This document shows, piece after piece, positions 50,807 through 57,640 of a stretch of 64,000 nucleotides of DNA; within the stretch, counting starts at the first letter, position 1, and every line of letters starts with the position of its first letter. The position numbers and the translations under genes are program-made. The stretch spans positions 95,379 to 159,378 of the forward strand of contig CAURKZ010000004.1 of assembly GCA_963525605.1 (NCBI GenBank). Reading direction: 5' to 3'. Origin of the DNA: an uncultured Campylobacter sp. GTDB lineage: Bacteria > Campylobacterota > Campylobacteria > Campylobacterales > Campylobacteraceae. The notes beneath the pieces are model-generated. The model saw only the letters and a program-made list of their open reading frames with translations. It did not search any database and had not been told where the DNA came from.

Positions 50807-51832
50807 TTAGCTCTCATATCTTTGCAGCGATTTTTTATATGTTTTCGCCGCAGCGCAGCCCGTGCTCAGATATACCTCAAACTCCTCGCTAGTAAGCCTG
50901 CGCGGCTCATTCGCAAGCCTCGCCGCGCCCGCTGCACCGCTTGGCGTATTTGCGTCCAGATTCGCTTCATTTACGATCTCACCTCGTCGGATTCGGTTGC
51001 TAAAGCCCGCTGCACGCGCTATTTGCGGCGCACGCCGTAGCGAAAAATTTAAATTTCGCGTTTGCAGATTTAAAATTTTACCCATGCATTTGCGCGGACC
51101 CGCGATAAAATCGCCATTTTGTATAAGCGGGGCGGCGGAGCCGAGCAGGTCGCTCTCTGCCAAGCCGTGCAAGCCGCCTGCCGAGCTGGGTAAGCAGCCC
51201 GTCAAACCCGATAAACCGCCCGCCAAAAGTTCTGCGCCGCTTAGGATACGTAGGCTTCGCACCAAAATCCCGCCGCCGCTTTGAGGGACGCTGCGAAACG
51301 AAATGTCAAAGCCGAAATTGTGAAAAAATATCTCGCCCGCCCGCGACGTGCGCTTGTAGGTGTTGCGATCCGCGCCCGTGAAATACGCCTCGATCTCCGC
51401 GAAGGCGAATTCCGCGCCGCTTACGCAAAGCACATAGTTTTGCAGCAGATCGTGCATGAAATTTTGAATCTTTGCCTGCGCTCGTTCGGCATCAAACTGC
51501 GCCTGCGACGGATGGGCACTTAGCCCTGCCTGCGATGGACGGACGTTAAATTTTAAGTGTGCTTGTTCCGTATCAAGACGCACTTTCTCGGCATCAAACG
51601 GCAGCTCGGTATTAAATTTTAAAATTTCATCTTGCTGCGCGCCGCTAAAATATGGCTGTCCGTCGCAAAATTCCGCGCCACCTTGTGATTTTAAAGGCTT
51701 GTTGCCGCTCCCGTCTCTCGCGCTTCCTGCAAGTTTGGGATTTTTTGAAGCGAGCTTTGAGCCCGCCGAAATTCCAAACTCCGCCGCGTCGATTTTTGAG
51801 AAAAATTTTTCTAAATTTTCATCGCCCAGCAT
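50807..51832 (-). CDS. hypothetical protein with weak resemblance to 3-methyladenine DNA glycosylase (Mpg/AAG fold)
   Basis: 341 aa. The central AEIEAYFTGADRNTYKRTSRAGEIFFHNFGFDISF...GILVRSLRIL...IAGPRKCMGKILNL parallels Mpg blocks (ETEAY..., VLIRA, GPGKL..ALGI). Long N-terminal extension and low-complexity insert. The call is tentative. Confidence 0.4.
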   Translation of the reverse strand: MLGDENLEKFFSKIDAAEFGISAGSKLASKNPKLAGSARDGSGNKPLKSQGGAEFCDGQPYFSGAQQDEILKFNTELPFDAEKVRLDTEQAHLKFNVRPSQAGLSAHPSQAQFDAERAQAKIQNFMHDLLQNYVLCVSGAEFAFAEIEAYFTGADRNTYKRTSRAGEIFFHNFGFDISFRSVPQSGGGILVRSLRILSGAELLAGGLSGLTGCLPSSAGGLHGLAESDLLGSAAPLIQNGDFIAGPRKCMGKILNLQTRNLNFSLRRAPQIARAAGFSNRIRRGEIVNEANLDANTPSGAAGAARLANEPRRLTSEEFEVYLSTGCAAAKTYKKSLQRYES

Positions 51833-52334
51833 TTTGCTCTTCCGTAGAATTTCCTTCGCGCTTTATCGAGCTCGCCTTGTTGCCCATAGTGTCGGATTCG
51901 CCGTTGTTTGCCTCGGCGCGCGTTAAATTTCTCTCGCCGTCTGTTGCGTTCATATCACCTCGCACTAAATTACCGCCGCTACTTGTCGTATTTGTTTCGC
52001 CGCCTTTAAAATTTGGAGCTTCGCAGCGATCTACGCCTAAACGTTCAAAATAATATCTCTCTCGCTCACCTAAGTTTTCCACTCCCCTTTCGCATACACG
52101 CTTGATATACGCCTTGCTAGGGTATCTAAGCCGATTGAGCGCCAATTCACTACCCGCGTCTGCGCGCTTTATCAGCTTAGCGATGCAGGCATCATCCTCT
52201 TCACTATTTGCGATATAATCCCATACGCCACAGTATCTATCACCGCCCAGCGTCGTAATCAAAAAATAAGCCCAAAGCAGGATTATGGCAATCGATATGC
52301 TTCCTTTTATTTTTAAAGATCTCTTTTTTACCAT
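51819..52334 (-). CDS. signal-anchored Cys-motif protein with N-glycosylation-sequon-rich tail, tandem paralog 1
   Basis: 171 aa. TM helix, four conserved Cys, core DDACIAKLIKRADAGSELALNRLRYPSKAYIKRVCERGVENLGERERYYF. The tail holds ETNTT, DMNAT, ERNLT, EGNST. Confidence 0.6.
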   Translation of the reverse strand: MVKKRSLKIKGSISIAIILLWAYFLITTLGGDRYCGVWDYIANSEEDDACIAKLIKRADAGSELALNRLRYPSKAYIKRVCERGVENLGERERYYFERLGVDRCEAPNFKGGETNTTSSGGNLVRGDMNATDGERNLTRAEANNGESDTMGNKASSIKREGNSTEEQNAGR

Positions 52335-52422
52335 GTTTTTCCTTGAGTAATAAATTTTAACTCATTTTTTCACAAATTTGACCAACGACATAAAATTTAC
52401 GATATCGCCCTCAAAGCTAATC

Positions 52423-52962
52423 TTATCGCCCAGCATTTTGCTCTTCCGTAGAATTTCCTTTGCGCTTCGTTTTGTCCGCCTTGCTGCCCACAGTGTCGGA
52501 TTCACCGTTGTTTGCCTCGGCGCGCGTTAAATTTCCGCTATCCGTTGCGTTCGTATCGCCTTGCGCTAAATTACCGCCGCTACTTGTCGTATTTGCTTCG
52601 CCGCCCTTTGATTTGGGCGTTTTAAAGCCCCAAATCTCGCAGCGATCCCCGCTAAAGCCTTGGAAATAATATCTCTCACGCTCGCTCAAGTTTTCTACTC
52701 CCTTTTCGCATGTGCGCTTGATATATGCCTTGCTAGGGTATCTAAGTCGACTGAGCGCCAATTCACTACCCGCGTCTGCGCGTTTTATCAGCTTGGCTAC
52801 ACAGGCATCATCCTCTTCGCCCTTGTTGTTTAAAAAAGATTCCCAAATGTTGCAATACGCGCCACTGTTGTTTATATATAGGGTGCACAGAATAACAACC
52901 CCTACGATTAACAAAAAAATTTGACTTTTACTAGCTTTCAATTTCGCTTTATCGCCCGGCAT
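52423..52962 (-). CDS. signal-anchored Cys-motif protein, tandem paralog 2
   Basis: 179 aa. Same core as paralog 1 (DDACVAKLIKRADAGSELALSRLRYPSKAYIKRTCEKGVENL). The tail holds EANTT, DTNAT. Identical ...NSTEEQNAGR end. Confidence 0.6.
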   Translation of the reverse strand: MPGDKAKLKASKSQIFLLIVGVVILCTLYINNSGAYCNIWESFLNNKGEEDDACVAKLIKRADAGSELALSRLRYPSKAYIKRTCEKGVENLSERERYYFQGFSGDRCEIWGFKTPKSKGGEANTTSSGGNLAQGDTNATDSGNLTRAEANNGESDTVGSKADKTKRKGNSTEEQNAGR

Positions 52963-53455
52963 TTAATCCTCCCGTAGAATTTACATCGCGTTTGATCGCA
53001 CCTGTTTCATTGCGGACTGTATTCGCACCTTCGCGCGTTAAATTTGCTCTGCTATCCGTTGCGTCCGTATCGCCTTGCGCTAAATTACCGCCGCCACTCG
53101 TCGTATTTGCTTCGCCGCCCTTTGATTTGGGCGTTTTAAAGCTCCAAGCGCTACAACGATCTTTACTATAACGCTCGAAATAAAATCTTTCTCGCTCACC
53201 CAAGCTTTCCACTCCCTTTTCGCACACTCGCTTGATATATTCCATAGTTGGGTATCTAAGCCTACTTTCTGCAAAACTATTTCCGTCGTCCGCTCGCTTT
53301 ACCAGCTTGGCGATGCAGGCATCATCTTCCTCATCATGCCTGCCTGAAAAAAATTCTCTCGCGCTACAATACCCGCCGCTACCGCTTACAAACGCGGCAT
53401 AAATAATAATAAGCGCCAAAATTAGCACAAAAACATGACTTTTACCGATTTTCAA
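52949..53455 (-). CDS. signal-anchored Cys-motif protein, tandem paralog 3
   Basis: 168 aa. Core DDACIAKLVKRADDGNSFAESRLRYPTMEYIKRVCEKGVESL. The tail holds EANTT, DVNST. Its 3' end overlaps the paralog 2 start and its 5' end overlaps the SDR stop. Confidence 0.6.
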   Translation of the reverse strand: MKIGKSHVFVLILALIIIYAAFVSGSGGYCSAREFFSGRHDEEDDACIAKLVKRADDGNSFAESRLRYPTMEYIKRVCEKGVESLGERERFYFERYSKDRCSAWSFKTPKSKGGEANTTSGGGNLAQGDTDATDSRANLTREGANTVRNETGAIKRDVNSTGGLNAGR

Positions 53456-54110
53456 GCTCGCCTCCTTCGCGATTAAATTTTGATTTTTTCCGCAGGTTTA
53501 CGATCTGCGGGCGAATCGTAAACTCGCTTACATTGGACTTCGTGCGCAGAATTTGCAGCACAAAATTTGCGATCTCCTCCGCATCCACGAAACTAGCCTC
53601 ATCATCCGCGGGCTCGAAGCTCAAATCCTCGTAAAAGGGCGTTTTGGTGATACCCGGGTTGATGCAGCTTACTCTGATCTGCTTGCGCGCCTCCTCGAAA
53701 AGGCAGAGCAGAAACGCCCGCAGTCCCGCCTTGCTCGCGCTATAAACCGCGCTAAAGCGGCTCGCTCGCAGCGCCTCGATCGAGCTAATGCCGATGATAT
53801 GGGCGCGGTTGCGCTTTAAATTCGGCAAAAGCGCGCGCGCGATGATGATGTTTGCGGCAAGATTTACGTTTAAAATTTTTAAAATTTCGCTCTCGCTCAT
53901 CGCTTCAAGCGGCGCAAATTTCGTCGTACCCGCGCACAAAATCAGCGCGTCAATCTCACACGCCGCAGCCAGCGCGCGACACTCTTTTGCCAGCGCGTCC
54001 AGATCTTCGAAGCGCGAGGCTAGCGTTAAAATTTCATAGCCGTTTTGTCGCAAAAGCTCCGCAACCGCGCTGCCGATACCGCCGTTTGCGCCCGTGATCA
54101 ATGCTTTCAT
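53442..54110 (-). CDS. short-chain dehydrogenase/reductase
   Basis: 222 aa. TGANGGIG cofactor motif and YSASKAG (YxxxK) catalytic motif. Confidence 0.85.
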   Translation of the reverse strand: MKALITGANGGIGSAVAELLRQNGYEILTLASRFEDLDALAKECRALAAACEIDALILCAGTTKFAPLEAMSESEILKILNVNLAANIIIARALLPNLKRNRAHIIGISSIEALRASRFSAVYSASKAGLRAFLLCLFEEARKQIRVSCINPGITKTPFYEDLSFEPADDEASFVDAEEIANFVLQILRTKSNVSEFTIRPQIVNLRKKSKFNREGGELENR

Positions 54111-54474
54111 CTTTTCTCCTTTAAATTTTCATGCCGCTTCGGCGCGTTAAGCTTAGCGCGTCACGTAAATTTCGCTGCGCTAAATTTTCTTTGTTCATTG
54201 TGTCCGCCGCTAAATTTGCGCGGATTATTTAAACCGCGCCGCGACTTCGCCGGGTAAAATTTTAAATTTAGCCCGCGGACGTTTTGCTGCGCCGCCGCTT
54301 TGTAAAATTTCATCGCCGCTCGCCGTGCCCGCCCCGCACGATTTATAAAATTTAATTTTATAAAACTCGGCGCACCGCTAAATTTTAACCGCTCGCTCGC
54401 CGCAAATTTCGCGCCGTATTCTCGGCGCCGCATGCGAGCCGGTACAGGCCGCGACGTCTGCGGCAAACAGCGCC

Positions 54475-55749
54475 CTAACGCTGCCGTATCTTCGCGAAAT
54501 ACGCCGCCTTCATCGCTTCCTCAAATGCGTCGTTGCTTTCGTACTCGTGCCCCAAGACCTCGCGCCACAGGCTCGCATCCTCCATGCAGAGGTAGAAAAA
54601 CACCCACTCGCGCCACGGCGAAAGCGCGTCTGCGGCAAATTTGAAAAGCTCGCGCTTGATCTGCGGCGGGTAGGACAGCTTGCCGTTCGCGTCCGCAAGG
54701 GGCATCTGCAGAATTTTGCTCCGCAGCCCGCGCGAGCGCAGCTTCTTGACGACGGGCTTGATGAAAGTAAGCGTGCCGAGCGAGACCATCGCGACGCCGC
54801 TTGGATCGAAGCTGCGTAGCAGCCGCTCAAAAAGCGCGCCGTAATCGTTTTGCCACCCCTCGTACCAAACCATCGGGTGGAAGTGAAAGCCCACTAAAAT
54901 GCCGTGAGCCGCGAGCGCTTCTGCCGCCGCCAGCCGCGCATCCAAGCTCGCGCTTAGATGCTCCTCGTTCGCTATGATCGCGGGCGTATTTAGCGAAAAG
55001 GTGACGATGAGATTGCGCGGGATCTCGCGCTGCAGGAAAAACTTAATATTGTTCGACTTGCTTTTAAGCTCCAAAATCACGTTTTGATGCCGCGCCGCGA
55101 AGTCCGTTAGCGCGCTTAAAATGCCGAAGCGATCGCCCCACATGAGCGAGTCGGAGCTCTGCCCCGTGCCGATGTGATAGCTGCGCGCGGAATCGAGCCG
55201 CAGGCGCGCTAAATTTGCCGCAAAATTCTCGTCAAAGCCGATTTTCCCGTGCTTGTAAAAGGAGCCGATCGCGCAATAGGAGCAGTCAAAGCCGCACGAA
55301 TTAACGGCATCGAGCGTCAGCAGATTGCAGCAGCGCGTGTTTTCGCTCGCCACCGGACAGCGGCCTAAAGCGATGCGGTCCGCGCGAAAGGAGGAAATTT
55401 CAAATTTTTTTGGCGCGTAATCGCTTTTGAAGCCTGCGTACGAGTGCGGGCGCGACTTTAGCTCAAGCCAAGCCTCGCGCACGAAATTAAAAATTTTCTC
55501 GCCGCTTGGAACTTTCCCCGTTTTATTAAATTTGGCTTTATTAAAATTTAGCCCGCACTGCTCGCTTGCAAGCAGCTCATAAACGGGCGTCTCGTCCCAC
55601 GCCTCAAAATCGCTCGCAAACTCCGCTAGCTGCTTTCGTTGCTGAAATGAAAAGTGAAATTTCTCAAATAGCGCGTCCAAAAACGCGCTTGATCGCTCGC
55701 TCAGATTCACGCCAAACTGCGCGCCTAGCTCCTTTTTTGCCTCCGTCAT
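54475..55749 (-). CDS. radical SAM protein, spore-photoproduct-lyase (SPL)-like family
   Basis: 424 aa. CGFDCSYC (CxxxCxxC) cluster. HIGTGQSSDSL and FHFHPMV blocks resemble SPL-family proteins. ~130-aa N-terminal extension. Confidence 0.65.
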   Translation of the reverse strand: MTEAKKELGAQFGVNLSERSSAFLDALFEKFHFSFQQRKQLAEFASDFEAWDETPVYELLASEQCGLNFNKAKFNKTGKVPSGEKIFNFVREAWLELKSRPHSYAGFKSDYAPKKFEISSFRADRIALGRCPVASENTRCCNLLTLDAVNSCGFDCSYCAIGSFYKHGKIGFDENFAANLARLRLDSARSYHIGTGQSSDSLMWGDRFGILSALTDFAARHQNVILELKSKSNNIKFFLQREIPRNLIVTFSLNTPAIIANEEHLSASLDARLAAAEALAAHGILVGFHFHPMVWYEGWQNDYGALFERLLRSFDPSGVAMVSLGTLTFIKPVVKKLRSRGLRSKILQMPLADANGKLSYPPQIKRELFKFAADALSPWREWVFFYLCMEDASLWREVLGHEYESNDAFEEAMKAAYFAKIRQR

Positions 55750-55822
55750 CTTGCTCCGCTTCGTTTAAATTTTGCAAATTATACTTAAATTTCACGCGTC
55801 ATCACTGAAAATCGTTGAAATT

Positions 55823-56302
55823 TCAGATCGCATCATAGAATAGTCGCTCGAAATAGAAGGCGTAAGCTAGCGTGATAGCAACGTTTAGGATCAAAATTCC
55901 GCCGAGTATGAGCTTTTGCGGGATTTTTTTGACGCCCGTTCGGTAGTAATACGGCAGGGCGCAGAAAAACGCGGGCAGCACGAGCAGAACGATGCCTAGC
56001 GGCATGCCCGCACCGCCCACGCCTATCTCCGCACTGCGCACGAACTGCGACATGGCGGGGAATTTAAGGGCGGCGAAAATGGCCGCCGCAAAGAGTAGCT
56101 GCACGCAGAAGCAGTAAAATAGGTAGCGCGCGCCTATTAGAGCGTCTTTTAGCCATAGCCCGATACAGGCAAATGCGAGCAAAAGGGCTAAAAAGACTAG
56201 CGAGGACAGATCGGCAAACAGATCCGCCGCGGCATACGCGCAAGCTGCGATGCATGCGCACGCCAAGAGGGCAAAATACAGATAAGAGCCTTTTATTTTC
56301 AT
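55823..56302 (-). CDS. hypothetical 5-TM membrane protein
   Basis: 159 aa, strongly hydrophobic, Ala/Leu-rich. No motif recognised. Confidence 0.5.
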   Translation of the reverse strand: MKIKGSYLYFALLACACIAACAYAAADLFADLSSLVFLALLLAFACIGLWLKDALIGARYLFYCFCVQLLFAAAIFAALKFPAMSQFVRSAEIGVGGAGMPLGIVLLVLPAFFCALPYYYRTGVKKIPQKLILGGILILNVAITLAYAFYFERLFYDAI

Positions 56303-56405
56303 CGTTTCTCCTGCGCCCCCGCAATACCTTCAAATTCCGCGTCGTATTCGGCATATGAAGCTAAAATTTATCTCTCGGCTGGGTTTTTTGCGCACGCATC
56401 CATAG

Positions 56406-57566
56406 TTAAATTTTGCCTTTTATTGCGGCGCGGATTTGCGGCAGACGCGCCTTTATGAGCTCATAGACGAAGCGTTTGCAAAGCCGCTCGCCGCCCAAAT
56501 GATCGCTTGCGATCTTCATCATCGCCCACGGCACGCCCGCGCGCTCGCAAGCACTAACAAAAATCGCGCTCTCCATATCGTAAAGCCTGACGCCGCGATT
56601 TGTGCGCCCGCAGGTAGCGTCCTTTGCCGTGCACGGCGTATTTTGCGCTGCTCGTGCTGCGGTATTCGTCGCAGCGCTGCACTCACCTACCGCGATTTGT
56701 GAGGGTTTTGCGCTCGCTAAATTTTGCGCCGCGGCCTGCGTCGCGCTTTGTGTCGCAACCCGCGTCGCGCCTTGCGTGAAATTTTTTGTATCTGCCGCGC
56801 CGCTCATCCCTTGCGTTGTGGCTTGTGCGTTTATCTCGCCGCACGCCTCGATCGCTGCGATATTTGCTGCGCTCGCCTGCTCCGCTGCGTTTAAAATTTT
56901 AGGCTTGTTTACGCAGATCAAATTTGCCCGCAGCTTACCGTCCAAACTCGCGCCGCAAAATTCCCGCTCGCAAACGTTTTGAAATTTTAGAGCCTGCTCG
57001 CTGTGTTCCCCAACCTGCGAGCGATAAAATTTCGATCCGTCCTCGCCGCAAAATTCCTGCGCTGCCGTGCCGTCAAAGTAAAAGGCCTCGCCGATTTGCA
57101 CGCTTGTATCCTCACAGCCGCAGATGCCTATGTTTAGCGCAAAGTCCACGTGCCGCGAAAGTAAAATTTCACCAAAGCGCTCTGAATTCTGCGCGGAGTT
57201 AAAATTTAAAATTTCAAAATTTTCAGTCGCATTTAGCGCGAAGCCAGTTTCTACATCGCCGCCGCAGAGCGCGCCCGCGTCCGAAGAATGCTTAAATTTT
57301 GCGTCCGCGCCGCGTTGGTTCTCGCGAAGCTCGCGCCCGAATTCTACGTCTGTATCGGCACGGCGAATAAATTCCGCGCCGGATTCGCTCTTAAATTCTA
57401 TTTCTATGTCGCCTGCAGCACCCGTTTTAAATTTAGCCCCAAACCTCACGCCGCAGATGTATAGAAGCATCTGCTCGCCTGCGAACAGATCGCCGCTGCG
57501 AGTAAGTTTAAAACTCTCGATCATCGCTTGGGCTTCGCAGCGCAAAGCCGTGCAGATTAGTATCAT
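56406..57566 (-). CDS. PNP_UDP_1-type nucleosidase-like protein (MTAN/futalosine-hydrolase-like) split by large low-complexity insertions
   Basis: ATG at 57566 after a GAAGGGG SD. N-terminal MILICTALRCEAQAMIESF, internal LNIGICG, and C-terminal LYDMESAIFVSACERAGVPWAMMKIASDHLG match the family blocks. The rest is Ala/Gln/Thr- or KF/EF-rich filler. Confidence 0.55.
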   Translation of the reverse strand: MILICTALRCEAQAMIESFKLTRSGDLFAGEQMLLYICGVRFGAKFKTGAAGDIEIEFKSESGAEFIRRADTDVEFGRELRENQRGADAKFKHSSDAGALCGGDVETGFALNATENFEILNFNSAQNSERFGEILLSRHVDFALNIGICGCEDTSVQIGEAFYFDGTAAQEFCGEDGSKFYRSQVGEHSEQALKFQNVCEREFCGASLDGKLRANLICVNKPKILNAAEQASAANIAAIEACGEINAQATTQGMSGAADTKNFTQGATRVATQSATQAAAQNLASAKPSQIAVGECSAATNTAARAAQNTPCTAKDATCGRTNRGVRLYDMESAIFVSACERAGVPWAMMKIASDHLGGERLCKRFVYELIKARLPQIRAAIKGKI

Positions 57567-57640
57567 CGCCGCCCCTTCCAAAAGCGCAATTTTAACAATT
57601 TGAGCTATAATGTAAGATTAATTTGCACAAAAGGGCGAAA

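Noticed and set aside
50822-52053. Plus-strand ORFs (72-140 aa) across the Mpg-like and paralog-1 genes.
   Set aside because: They are antisense to a co-directional, overlapping minus-strand gene series with clear paralogy. The translations are Arg/Pro/Ala-rich.
54161-54466. 101-aa minus-strand ORF between the SDR and radical SAM genes. Similar ORFs occur at 10659-11192, 13429-14020 and 15288-15989.
   Set aside because: They lie wholly in AAATTT-core repeat spacers. The translations are KF/NF/RR low complexity, with no SD-start context. They are treated as repeat-derived spurious ORFs.
56436-57603. Plus-strand ORFs (88-159 aa) across the PNP-like gene.
   Set aside because: They are antisense or alternative frames of a low-complexity GC-rich gene. 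Only the minus-strand frame links the conserved N-, middle and C-terminal family blocks.
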